DNA of 63,496 nt, counting the filler, from Octopus bimaculoides (Eukaryota): assembly GCF_001194135.2 (NCBI RefSeq). It is 8 parts of 6 records of this genome, joined end to end, with 100 filler letters (N's around TTAATTAATTAA, not from the genome) between each part and the next. Parts side by side here need not be neighbours in the genome. Positions count along the whole stretch, not along the records: positions 5,827 to 25,550 come from NC_068983.1; 7 more parts are not named here. One strand, 5' to 3'. A program made the translations under genes and the position numbers. Below the pieces are notes generated by a model that saw only the letters and a list, made by a program, of their open reading frames with translations, had not been told where the DNA came from and made no database searches. This document shows positions 12,462 to 24,856 of the stretch, one piece after another. Numbering within the stretch: position 1 is the stretch's first letter; each line of letters starts with the position of its first letter.

Positions 12462-12490
12462 AGAAGAAGAAGAAGAAGAAGAAGAAGAAG

Positions 12491-12519
<29 letters not shown>
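12462..12519. repeat. (GAA)n microsatellite
   Basis: Directly visible; source of the poly-E ORF. Confidence 0.97.
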
Positions 12520-12521
<2 letters not shown>

Positions 12522-12619
12522 TTGCGTTTGTTTTAATGTTTGTAGTATTGATGCCTGTAGTGGTGGTGGTGGTGGTGCTGGAGAAGTTGATGTTGGTTAT
12601 TCTACTCTATTGAAATTTC

Positions 12620-13990
12620 CCCTCTTTCAGATCTACCCCCTTTCAAATCTCCCGTCACTGTGTGAGGGAGGATTGTTTTGTCCTTTTCTCTTTGCTCTGC
12701 CTTCTTTCTCTGACAGTTCTCGATTTTCCATCTTTGTGAAACTGTATTGACAAGATACATCTGAGCGATCTGTCGTATTGTGTTGGGGGTTGTATTCAGT
12801 TGTTGATATTGACGATGTTGTTCCTGTTGTTGTTTTAGTTGTCATTACACGGTGTTCTGTTGCTGTTTCTGTTTGTTTTGCCGCCTCTGTTGTTACTACT
12901 GCTTCTGCTTTCGTGGTTGACGTTTCTGATTTTATCGTTCCAATTAACATTGTTACTATTGTTGTTGTGGTTGCATGTTGTTGCTTTTCTTCTTGTTTAT
13001 CAGTTTGTGACGTTGGTTGTGGTGGGCCTATTTTTCATTTAGTCTCTGTTCTAGGCAGAAAAAACCTTAAGTGGTTGGTTCGCTCTATAGAAACGATATC
13101 TTGGCATTCTGCCCGCTATATCACTACCAAACTGGTGTCATTTATTAATTCTATTAGATCAGAAGTATCTTCGGGCTTTCTTGATTCATTTGGATGAATA
13201 GTTCCATGCCTATACCCAACCGGTTTTCTGAGTGCCTCTTGTGAACCGTCAAGATTGCCTTATCTTCGTCATCGGGCAGCCCCCAACAACCATCAGATAT
13301 CTATTCCTAGTGGCACATCGTTTGCCCATATGTAATGGGATGAGGATAAACTCCTCATTTTTCATTTGGGGTTGTGAAATGTCTCCTGGTTTCGAACAAA
13401 GACCAAAATCTGACATCAATTGAGCCAACCTGTTTGCCCCGCGTGAGGTACGTTTTCGCTTCCACATTGGCTTTGGATACCTTTCCGCCGGCCCTTGAGG
13501 CAGCCTTTCAACCCTCCAACTCTTAATGCCAATGCAATACTAAGTTACTGGTGTATCAATAGTTTGATCGATAACGTGAGTGGGAACCGCTGGGTTTACT
13601 CCTCTTCAATTGCATTTGAGGAATGATTTTCCTTCTTTAATTATTTCTCTCGACAACTCAAGATTTCAGTTATTCGAGCAACACTAGTAAATGATCCTAT
13701 TGATTTAACTACCTGATTTTGTTTTTGGTGTCTCCGGTGCTGCTATTGTTACTGCTTTCGGCGGTGATGGATTTGACGGCTGTAGTGGAAATAATGGCAG
13801 TCAGTCGTGATGGTGTTGGTTGTTATTAACTAGACAGTTTTGGAGTTGGTGTTTGTCTGTTGTTTTAGTGAAAGTAATGGTGCACGGGGTGGTGGTAATG
13901 GTGCTATGACTGCTTTCACTGGTAAACTTTGCGTTGGCCTGGTTGCGGCGGAGTCGTTTTGGTTAGGCGGTAGGAAAGACATATAAATGA
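12620..13990 (-). pseudogene. Probable decayed non-LTR retrotransposon ORF1 (L1/Tx1-like, degenerate zinc knuckle)
   Basis: Minus-strand reading DTSDLIELINDTSLVVI*RAECQDIVSIERTNHLRFFLP resembles the xVEGRxPxCxxCxxxGHxRxxCP region of L1/Tx1 ORF1, flanked by Thr/Pro low-complexity linkers; multiple stops. Confidence 0.35.
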
Positions 13991-14139
13991 CGAGTGATTC
14001 ATTTGCATTCACGCCTGAATTTAGAAAAAAAAAACAGCAGATGTATTCCATAGAAGAATGAAATGTAATAACAGCAACGGTAGCTGTAACTACAGCAGCA
14101 GCAGCAACAACAGCAACAACAACAATGACGACGACGACG

Positions 14140-14175
<36 letters not shown>

Positions 14176-16049
14176 GTAGTAGTAACTATAGCAGCAAAAC
14201 TTGTCTGCTTCGGATTATATTCACTTCAATCCTATTTATTCTAAATGGCTTTATTGGCAACAAAATACTCGCTAACAAACTAATCGCAATTTTCTCTCCA
14301 TTCTTTGATACTAGACATCTATGCCAAGCACTCTTTTACTTCAAATATATTGTTAGAAAAGAATTATTCTTGCAAGAGAAAAATCAGAAAACTCAGCAAG
14401 GTAAGTTGGTTATGTACCAAGAATTTTGACACGAATGCACATTTTTAATGGACTTAAAAGATTTACTATTGAATTAATTATAATTCAGTATTTTTAAATG
14501 AGTTATTACGTGAGCAAATAGTCCATTATTTCGAAAGCAAAGCTTCAATACTCTTAAGAACCATTAACAGTATTAGTAAAAAAAAAAAATAACTGAATGG
14601 CCGAACGTACCATTTGTATATATTCAAACAAAGTATCTGAAAACGATCGAAAGATAGAATAGCTATTAGATGCCTGGAAACTGAAGTTAATCTTACTCAA
14701 CTATCGATATATTTTTAACATTTTACTTTGTTATATCTTTAATAAATCTTTATCTCCAAACTGGTGTGTAAACTAGTCAAGCTCTAAGTTGTCTCTAAAA
14801 TAACTATGACTTCGTCAGATCAACAAAGTGTTAACAGAACAAATTTTTGGAGAGGCAATCAAAAGATATTGAGAAGGCAATGGTATTGAATGACATTGGA
14901 CGTTTTCCTATATAGATATCAGACGCTATTGGCTAAACTGTATTGAAATAGTTCAGATATCTATTCACTCTATAATTATACGATAAATTTTTCTAAATAT
15001 GTCATTTGTTCGTTACTTGAGAAATCATTAGCAGGGACCGACAAAACGACAAACACATTTCGATTCTGTTGCCTACAGTCGTTGATGAATATTCATTTTA
15101 GTTTTATAGTTAAAATATAGAGAATGAAGTGATATAACATATTTATATTATTATATTCGTACACATATCTTCACACACAGTTACACACTCTTATACACTT
15201 GTAGAAACACACACGCATTGAATATTTGCACAAACATGTAATAAAAAGAGAAACTGTTTCTTTAAAATAGGTTTGTTCGTTGTTTCAGAAACAATGATGA
15301 TACTATATTATCGTAACGAGAGATAACACAAACAGCCTATTCTAGAAGATTATATCAAATATCCTAGGTAACTGATATCTCAAAGTACCTTATTTAAAAG
15401 ATAACGCCAGAAATCCGAGTGAAATCATGCTTCTATCTTTTCTAAATTTTAGAGTTTCCAAATTAATTTTCACTCCTATTTCTCTCTGGAAAGAAACTGC
15501 ATATTACAAAGGTGGTATGAACTGGGATAAAATTATATACACAATCATCTATCAACTCAGTTTCATTGTATAATATTTTATTCTATTCTCTTTTGTTTGG
15601 AAATGTTCTTAACTGACTAGATATTATTCCACTAAATAAACCGAGCTTGTAACGCCCCTCGATTTCTTTGATTTCCTTTCAGAAAGGATGTACTACCTAA
15701 GTCATGTATTTGAGTCATGTTCATCTTCGGCGATGTTCAGAACTAACTTCGTAATGACTGAAATGTTATCGTGTCGTATACCAGGGAAATGTCACCTGTA
15801 AACAGTTCACATATTAAAGGATTTCTTCATAACACACTTTGTTTCGTCGGTTCACATTTATGAACATATAATAATACTGATAGTAATTAAGTTAATTTTT
15901 CTCGCTATTTTTCTTTATTCTACAAGTTCTAGCTCAATGAAAAACAGTATTAATAGTATAGGTATGCTAAAATAACGCTACTAGAAAACTAAAGATGTTC
16001 CTTCTATTTTCCACTGCTACCAGGAGTTAAGCACTGTCAGGTTGTGCCT

Positions 16050-16657
16050 GTACAGGAAGTAAGTTTCCAGTAATACCACCTGAGAGCCAATATACTTGAA
16101 ATTATCCCCGCCTCTAACACTTCCCCGATAACCATAGATAAAAAAAAATCTTGAATGGACGCTCTGTGAAAGTTTTCTGCAGCTGCGGTCCTAATATGAG
16201 AAACATCGTTTCAGGTAAATCAGACAAGATGACCACTTCAGACTACAACAGCAGGAAACCAGTTACTTTTCCAGTAGGAATGCATAGTCAGCTCAGTTGT
16301 CTGCGAAGCGGAGCTCATCGCCTCTGCAGCAAATAAGGGAACCGAAAGGAAAATATATTGGATTGTGCGGAAAGGATTTCAAAAAGAGATGCACCAATCA
16401 TCAGTCTTCTTTTAAGCCTGTAGACAAAAGAAAGGCACAAATCTAGCAAGCAATATATGAAAACTGAAAGACAGTAGTACCCTACACAAGCGTCGTACAG
16501 ATATCTAGGTCATGCACTAAAGGGTAAGTGCAGGCTCTCTATAGCTAAAAGGACATGCATTCTTATTAGATTGAAGAACTTCACCGACATGCTACACTCG
16601 AGATAAGAAATTTTTACAAGGGGTATGCAGCCCGACAAGTTTCTGTTATTGAACTGA
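16050..16657 (+). pseudogene. Penelope-like element C-terminal fragment (linker + GIY-YIG endonuclease), frameshifted
   Basis: Across frameshifts: HFPDNHR*KKILNGRSVKVFCSCGPNMRNIVSG ... GKYIGLCGKDFKKRCTNHQSSFK ... GTNLASNI*KLKDS ... GKCRLSIAKRTCIL ... MLHSR*EIFTR. Confidence 0.85.
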
Positions 16658-17391
16658 AACTCGCATCCTTCATTAGATTACGTACATTTTAACGGACTTT
16701 GACCTTTCCCGCCATTCGGCTATTGCTTGAAGGTATAGTTGTTGTTTTTTTATAGATGTAAACACACATCATTAACAATATTCTTCATTTAACAGGTTAA
16801 AGGACAATAACCAATATTTCACGAGGAATGTATCCCCTTTCCCTTAAAATATTTCTTAACATTTTTCTTATAATTTTTTCTCCTTTTACTCGCATTTCCT
16901 CACGAAGTAGCCATGTCACTTGAACCTGAACAATTGCCGAGTCTAGTTAGTTTTTGGATTGTTTAATGTCTGATCTTGAGAGAGAAGTATCTTCGCTCGA
17001 AATGGTTTGATACCATACTGATATGTGCTTTGTCTGTACGCTACTTTGATACACAATGTCCCTGTTTGACCATTTCCTGCTTAGAGTTGGAACAACTGCA
17101 TTCTCTACTAGACGCTCTGCTTTGTGCTTGTTGAGCTAAGAGATGTTGGAGTTTGCGTGTTTAGGGCAAAATTGTCAGTGGCTGAACTGGAGATTTTGAT
17201 AGTGCTTTTGCTAATAATTGGTTACTGTCTGTATTGCGCCGTAAAATGTTTTAAAGTAGCATGAAGAAGATTTTTTGATTGCATGGATTGCATAATAGAA
17301 ATTTCTGGTCTGTATAATAAGTAATTTTTGTCTGTCAACCTTTCCATGGTTACAAATAGAATGCGCTTTCGTTATGTTTATCTCACTTTCA

Positions 17392-17392
<1 letters not shown>

Positions 17393-17456
<64 letters not shown>
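17393..17456. repeat. (CTAT)n microsatellite
   Basis: Directly visible. Confidence 0.97.
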
Positions 17457-17479
17457 CCACTCACTGACTATCTGTCTAT

Positions 17480-18247
17480 CTATCTCGCACCATCGTCGAA
17501 TTTCTCGACATTTCTGTCAGCATCCACCACTCTGCTCTCACTACTTCCATCCACTAAAAAACACACTGAATCACACTCCTACCTTAACTTCTCCTCCTCC
17601 CATCCCCACACCAAGTTCTCCATCTCCTACTTCCAGTTTCTCTGTTTACGTAGGCTCTGCAGTTACGACTATAACTTTGTGACTCAGTCTCAACTCATGG
17701 CTCGCCACTTCATCCTACGTGGATATCCCCTCTACGTGGGTATCCACACTGCCCTTACTCGGGCACGATCTGTGGACCATGCCTCTGCTCTTTCTCCTCG
17801 TACCCGCCCCACTCGTACCCATCTCCCGTTCTCCTCACTTACCACCCCTCTACCCTACCCCTCCAATGCACCATTTTCCGAGCCTTCCGGCGACTCCACT
17901 CCTGCCCCTCCACCTCGCATATCTTCCCTAACCTACCTCTTTCCTCCTCCAAACGTTCGTGACCTCCTGGTCCAGTTTCTTTTCTACTCCCGCGTCCCAG
18001 CCTGGGTCCTTACCCTGCTCCCGCCCACACTGTCACACTTGCCCCTACCTCTCCAAACCACCGTCTTCACAGGCACCCATCACCGTCCCTATCAAGTCAC
18101 TGACCCCTTTACCTGCACCCCTAGTAATGTTATTTACTGCATCTCCTGCTCTCTCTCTGTCCTTACCTCTGCATTGGTCAAACAGGACGCTGATTGGCTA
18201 ACCGTTTCGCAGAGCACCTCCGTGACATCAGACTCAGCAATGACATC
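17480..18247 (+). pseudogene. Penelope-like element: RT thumb + linker + GIY-YIG, frameshifted, runs into gap
   Basis: KHTESHSYLNFSSSHPHTKFSISYFQFLCLRRLCS...RGYP; CHTCPYL; FTCTPSNVIYCISCS; LANRFAEHLRDIRLSND. Confidence 0.92.
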
Positions 18248-18649
18248 NNNNNNNNNNNNNNNNNNNNNNNNNNNNNNNNNNNNNNNNNNNNNNNNNNNNN
18301 NNNNNNNNNNNNNNNNNNNNNNNNNNNNNNNNNNNNNNNNNNNNNNNNNNNNNNNNNNNNNNNNNNNNNNNNNNNNNNNNNNNNNNNNNNNNNNNNNNNN
18401 NNNNNNNNNNNNNNNNNNNNNNNNNNNNNNNNNNNNNNNNNNNNNNNNNNNNNNNNNNNNNNNNNNNNNNNNNNNNNNNNNNNNNNNNNNNNNNNNNNNN
18501 NNNNNNNNNNNNNNNNNNNNNNNNNNNNNNNNNNNNNNNNNNNNNNNNNNNNNNNNNNNNNNNNNNNNNNNNNNNNNNNNNNNNNNNNNNNNNNNNNNNN
18601 NNNNNNNNNNNNNNNNNNNNNNNNNNNNNNNNNNNNNNNNNNNNNNNNN

Positions 18650-19280
18650 NNCTCCACCTACACACCTATACATACCGCCCAACTAGGTACTTCACCCTCA
18701 TGCACCATTATACACACACCCATACATACTGTTCAACTCATCACGCACTTCACACACCATTACACACACCCCTACAACACCTTCCCACCCACACACGTTT
18801 CTCAGTACCCATACAACACACCATCATCCACACGCACACACAATCTTCAATAGCGTCACCACACATACCACTATATGAACAGCCACACACACTGTTTAAC
18901 TCAGTACACACACCACACACTATCATGCACACTCTCACACTCACACAAGCACATAATACCTGAACACAGACAATATATACACATACACACATACGCAACA
19001 TACATAAACACACGCAACACACATAGACAAAGATAACTTTCGCCCATATACATACACTATGCACATGCACACTATTTGGTCACAGTGAGACACACACATA
19101 CACATGTGCACACACCATGTGAAAAAGCACACATCAATTGCTACACACAACACACACACATGCACACACATACACACACACTTTACACATGCGCACACAC
19201 ACACACATCAAACTCACTCGCCCCATTCACACATACATACTTACACACTCACACAGTATTCTCACACACACACACTCGTG
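18650..19280. repeat. Degenerate CA-rich low-complexity tract
   Basis: Imperfect (CA)n/(CAC)n with no periodic unit. Confidence 0.85.
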
Positions 19281-19476
19281 CACCTCTTGTTGGGATCACC
19301 GTGAATTATCTCTCCTTCATTTAACTTCGCTTTATTCTCCCTTTCATTCAAATTCGCTTTATACTCCCTTTATCTCCTTTTCATTCAGCCTCTTTTTTTC
19401 CAATCATTCACCATATTGGACAACTGAACTCAAGACGTTTTTTTTTCATTCTCTCTCTATTTATTTCCTTTTATTC

Positions 19477-19512
19477 CTTTCTGTCGAGGAGTGTAGGCTC
19501 GAAACGTAAAAG
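19477..19512 (+). ncRNA. Hammerhead-like motif in probable PLE terminal repeat (non-canonical core)
   Basis: cttt-CTGTCGA-g-gagt-gtag-gctc-GAAAC-GTA-aaag; HHR topology, but position 6 is T instead of A. Confidence 0.45.
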
Positions 19513-20356
19513 ACTTGTCCCTTTTACCCCAGTGTTAAACTAATACACTTGCTTGTTGTTCCTACTCCTATCTTCGTCTTTGTTTTTCTATAAATTTGAA
19601 CCACACACACAACACACACATTGAAACCCTCTTAGTTACAACTGTGACGTGTTCATTATTATAAACACTCTTCTATGTATTTTATGATAACATGTTTGGC
19701 CATTGATATATTCATAAATAATTATTAATTGTTTGTGATATATCCTTCGTAATGTATTTTTGCATTACTTGTTTATTATTTAATTTTCCCAACTCATATC
19801 CGGTGGTTTGCGGTGGCTCGGATTTACCAGTCTTTTCTCATAAACGCTGTGCGTGACATTTGAATTCAAAACTTAAATGTATTAGATAGATCGGGATACA
19901 CATAAGCACCAAGTTAAGGTCTTGTATTGATTTCGATCTATAGGAAGGGGCGAATGGGACCCTTAATAGGTTCCTAACGTCGAAATTGCAATAAGGAATT
20001 AAACATTTATTTTTAAGTTGTGGATTGTATATATCATGTCGCCCGCAGACAGCTTTCATCGTCAGGAGAAATAATATGAGTGATAACAGTGACTTATAGT
20101 GGTTTTGACTGCTATTTCTAAACATGTAAGAGGTTTTGAAACCTTCTTAGTTATAATTACGACTTGTTCATAATTATAAATATTCTTCTATGTATTTTAT
20201 GACATGTTTAGCCCTTGATATATTCATAGATAATTATTAATCGTTTATGATATATCCCCCGCAATGTATTTTAGCATTACTTGTTGATATATATATATAT
20301 ATATGGAAGAAAAAGTCAAGGTAGAAAATGCTGAAATAATTTTATAAAAAATATTT

Positions 20357-20392
20357 CAGTACCGGTTTCGGTCATTGAGACTTTTTCAACTG
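20357..20392 (-). ncRNA. Degenerate minimal type-I hammerhead motif
   Basis: RC: cag-TTGAAAA-agtc-tcaat-gacc-GAA-ACCGGT-A-ctg; palindromic stem III, GUA cleavage triplet, mutated core. Confidence 0.45.
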
Positions 20393-20545
20393 TAAGTATG
20401 GAAAACAATTAAATTTTGGAAAAATTAAATGAAAAGTCTTTAAAAGAATATTTGCATAGTATTCAAATACAAGGGGCATTTTCCTTTTTTTCTGCCTTTC
20501 TCTGTCTCTCTTGTTTATTCTTGTGGGTTCGAAGTTGTTGTGGAT

Positions 20546-20873
20546 TCTTGGCAGAGAAGAAGAAGAAGAAGAAGAAGAAGAAGAAGAAGAAGAAGAAGAA
20601 GAAGAAGAAGAAGAAGAAGAAGAATGCGGGAGTGCTATGAGAGTAGTAGGATGTTAAATGGTCAAGTGACCTGAAAGTAACTTCTTGTAGATGGTAATCG
20701 CTACTACCATCACTACTACAATCCACAAGTCACTTTCAGGGCACTTGACCATTTAACATCCTACTACTATCATAGCACACCCGCATTCTTCTTCTTCTTC
20801 TTCTTCTTCTTCTTCTTCTTCTTCTTCTTCTTCTTCTTCTTCTTCTTCTTCTTCTTCTTCTTCTCTGCCAAGA
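20546..20873. repeat. Long inverted repeat containing (GAA)23 and (TTC)26
   Basis: Arms 20546-20683 and 20727-20873 are reverse complements, with 4 substitutions outside the triplet tract. Confidence 0.9.
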
Positions 20874-21456
20874 NNNNNNNNNNNNNNNNNNNNNNNNNNN
20901 NNNNNNNNNNNNNNNNNNNNNNNNNNNNNNNNNNNNNNNNNNNNNNNNNNNNNNNNNNNNNNNNNNNNNNNNNNNNNNNNNNNNNNNNNNNNNNNNNNNN
21001 NNNNNNNNNNNNNNNNNNNNNNNNNNNNNNNNNNNNNNNNNNNNNNNNNNNNNNNNNNNNNNNNNNNNNNNNNNNNNNNNNNNNNNNNNNNNNNNNNNNN
21101 NNNNNNNNNNNNNNNNNNNNNNNNNNNNNNNNNNNNNNNNNNNNNNNNNNNNNNNNNNNNNNNNNNNNNNNNNNNNNNNNNNNNNNNNNNNNNNNNNNNN
21201 NNNNNNNNNNNNNNNNNNNNNNNNNNNNNNNNNNNNNNNNNNNNNNNNNNNNNNNNNNNNNNNNNNNNNNNNNNNNNNNNNNNNNNNNNNNNNNNNNNNN
21301 NNNNNNNNNNNNNNNNNNNNNNNNNNNNNNNNNNNNNNNNNNNNNNNNNNNNNNNNNNNNNNNNNNNNNNNNNNNNNNNNNNNNNNNNNNNNNNNNNNNN
21401 NNNNNNNNNNNNNNNNNNNNNNNNNNNNNNNNNNNNNNNNNNNNNNNNNNNNNNNN

Positions 21457-21509
<53 letters not shown>

Positions 21510-21547
21510 TATACAGATATATATTATCCTTAAAAAAACATTATTCA

Positions 21548-22230
21548 CAGTCACTTCGAAGTTTCGGTCAGCTTAGCCGTTGTCCGACTGCGATGTATTG
21601 AAGTTAACTCTTGTTTAGTTAAAATCTTCCTTGGGCATGTGGGTTTCAGAGGAGTGGTAGTAGAGTTGGTTTTGACAAAGAGGTATTTTGGAGAAATTTT
21701 TATTGATTAAATTTGTAAGCAGGTGTGTATATTTACGTGTGTTACCTTCAAGTCGTGGGATTGTTTATTTTATTGGTTCACAAAAAGGATGCTGGCAGGC
21801 CTATGATGTGACAATACTTTTAGTTACTTTTGGTTTTATTAGATTTAGTCTCTTGCTTTGAAAATATAAAAGTCAATGTCTCAGTATTTGAAAACTGATT
21901 AATTGGGTGCGTCAACTTTTTGGTAATAGAATTTTTTACTTTTAGAGTTCACAGAAGAATGTAAGTAGGTGGTATGTTTTAGCTGGCTAGGTTTTTATTT
22001 GTTGTTATATAGGATATTTCCTGTTTGTATCAGGAAGGTGAGGGTTATTAGTCGGATATACATGGTGTTGCTAGTATAGAAATTTGCTTAACTTGTGCCT
22101 TGATGTTCACAAGGAGATGTGGGTAGGTGTAAAGGTTGTTGGTCTGTATGTTTATAATAGGATAATAAAGATGTTCTCTATAAAAGTATAGAGTAACCCA
22201 TCAGATTAATGTAAAACTGTTTTTGCTATA
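21548..22230 (-). pseudogene. Heavily decayed Penelope-like element 3' fragment ending in a degenerate HHR-like motif
   Basis: Minus-strand YKHTDQQPLHLPTS...MYIRL resembles the PLE thumb (YxKPTxxxxYLxxxS...); terminal cagt-cggacaa...cc-gaaacttcgaagt-g-actg. Confidence 0.4.
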
Positions 22231-22362
22231 ACTGAATTTAAAGGCAAACGTTCATACACACACATGCATACATACATACATGCATGCATGCATGCATACA
22301 TTCATACATGCTACATGTATCAGGTTACATACATGTAATCAGAAGTTGAATTTTAGCATTAA

Positions 22363-22439
<77 letters not shown>

Positions 22440-23049
22440 AAGAGTGATTAATTTCTAAAGATGTGAAATGCAAAGTTAGTTCGAATAAAATTCAACACCG
22501 TAATGAAAGTATATGAATGTAAATAGTACCTGAAGGTAAGTATTGAGTATATGAAGGTAAGTATTGAGGTTTATAACTCAATACTCCTCCCCACTTCATG
22601 TAAAAGACATGTTAAATGTAACTTAAAAGTTACTATTCTATGTTAATTGTTTTGTCACCTATAACGTGTTGGTTGTTTAGTCCTCGGTCAGTCCTGACAG
22701 AGCAAATTTATGATCAAAAGGCTTTGTAGCCCTGTCTGACTTATCTTCCTTTTTTCGACATATATCCCGGACTACATTATGTAATACATCTGGTATTCCT
22801 TTTTTTAAGACGATAAAGTATGATTTCAGAAAAAATTCCCAACTATTTCTAGTGGGTTGTATAAATATGTAGAGGCTCCTTTGGATGTTTAGATGATGTC
22901 TGAACACTGAGTTTGGATCACACTAAGAGTTTCTTCTTCATGATCAGCATGATTGAATCTTAATTGTCATCACATTCGAGGTCATTGGAACAATTTTGAG
23001 AACTGGTTGGGTACTAAAGGAACCACTGTCCGCTTTCTATCATCTGACT

Positions 23050-23359
23050 CAGTGATTCTCAACCGGGGTCATTTTGCGGGGTCCGCACCGGTAAATGAAT
23101 TGGAGATGCACGGTAGTACATTGAGAATCTATAAAAAAGATTTGTTTTAGATGTATTTATTGGAAGAAACAGCTAGGTTTCTTTCTCTAGCGTTTTACAC
23201 AGTTCAACCTACACATGTTAATGTTTGTAAAATAAAAGATGGAATTTTGAAAGAAATACCAATAAAACTAGATTTTACACATGGAGAGGTTATGGGGGTC
23301 CACCAGAGAAAGATAGGAATCAAAGGGAGTTCATAGCAAAAAATGGTAGAGAAGCACTG
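23050..23359. mobile_element. hAT (Charlie-like) MITE
   Basis: Imperfect 15-bp TIRs cagtgattctcaacc / ggtagagaagcactg; no clear 8-bp TSD. Confidence 0.7.
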
Positions 23360-23795
23360 GTCTAATCAGAAAGTAATAGACATACGAACAAGGTAACATA
23401 TTCAATGTAAGTTATCTCCCAACAATTCTTCACGTTGGACTCTCCGTCCACTTTAATCCTAGGGTAGCAGAATGATATGGAACAATCCCCAAAGCTGGTG
23501 ACGATTCAATTGGATTTCAGATGCAAATCGACAAGGATGACAGACACTATACGAAACAACAAACATATATGACAGTTTTACTGTGTTCTTACATTCTCTT
23601 TCACCATTCACACAACATAGGCCGTTTCAGAGTTTAGTTGTATACAAACTAACGTTAGCCAGGTGAAAATATTAAATTATAAATCTGTTTGTAAAAAACA
23701 GAAATACTTCAACTTTCGTATATGAATTCTATCTGTGTGTATGCGTATGTATGTATGTATCTCTCTCTATCTGTCAGTTAAATATCTATCTATTG

Positions 23796-23854
<59 letters not shown>

Positions 23855-24856
23855 TAAATATATGATGTTTGCGTATTAAATAAAGAATAATCCTATAAAA
23901 CCAAACCCGCAGGACGAACAATGGAATCAAATAGGTAAAAGCTGAAACTACGTTTATTTTAGTTCTCAAACATGAAATTTGGTAAAAATAAATTTTCTGT
24001 AACTAATTTATCAACAAAAATAGAAAGTGTATATCAATGGAAGCAGAAACTATATTTTCAATAGTTATTTGGAGTTGAGAGAAACTAGTGAATTCTAAAA
24101 TCTGAGATTCTAAGTGAAAATCCTAGGGGAGTAAGCTTTTATCTTTCATGCGTATGTAGAAACTAATAAGCAACATTAATAGTATGAACATACATAAGTT
24201 GGTGGGCTGAGAGAGAGAGAGCGTGAGAGAAAGACAAACAGACAGACAGACAGAGCGAAGGAGAGAAGAGGGAAGGAGAGAAAAGAGGAGAGAAATGATA
24301 AGGAGAGAAGAGAGAAAGAGGTCTCTTAAAGCACATGTGAAGCTAGTTGACTATTGAGACACTGACTGACCGCGGCACCGCTTGCTCATTCATGATAACC
24401 TAGCTTCCACAGCACGACGTATTTTATTGATTTCATATACTGAGTCGCTAAGCGACGTAACTTGACACGCCAGCTTATACCGGTAGACACACGTGTACAC
24501 ATATTTACGATGGGGCTCAGTGCACTTTTTTTCAACCAAATATCACACACAATGTAGGGGCCAATTAGAAGAAATAATAAACATAAAACCAGGGTGCAGT
24601 ATACTGAGATATTAATCCGAAGCGTCGCACTACTTGGTTGCAAAGTAAACTTTTTAACTATAAGGCTATGCCTCATGTTTATATACATGTGTGTGTGCGT
24701 GTGTGTGTTTGTGCGTCTGTGTGTATTTATATATATATATGACAAGATCCGGTACTATAGTAGAAGACACACACCCAAGTTGCCACGCAATAGGACTGAA
24801 CCCGAAACCACATTCATATCTAGTCCCTATATATATATATATATATATAAATCAAA

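Noticed and set aside
14359-14402. Possible plus-strand exon ending CAAG|GTAAGT
   Set aside because: The donor is good but the acceptor is weak and the peptide unrecognised.
16450-16470. In-frame TGA in the PLE fragment as a selenocysteine codon (as reported for some Naiad PLEs)
   Set aside because: The TGA falls at a conserved Trp position in a copy with several other stops and frameshifts, so it is decay.
20045-20065. ctgacga...gaaa on the minus strand as a hammerhead
   Set aside because: No room for stem II between the core and GAAA.
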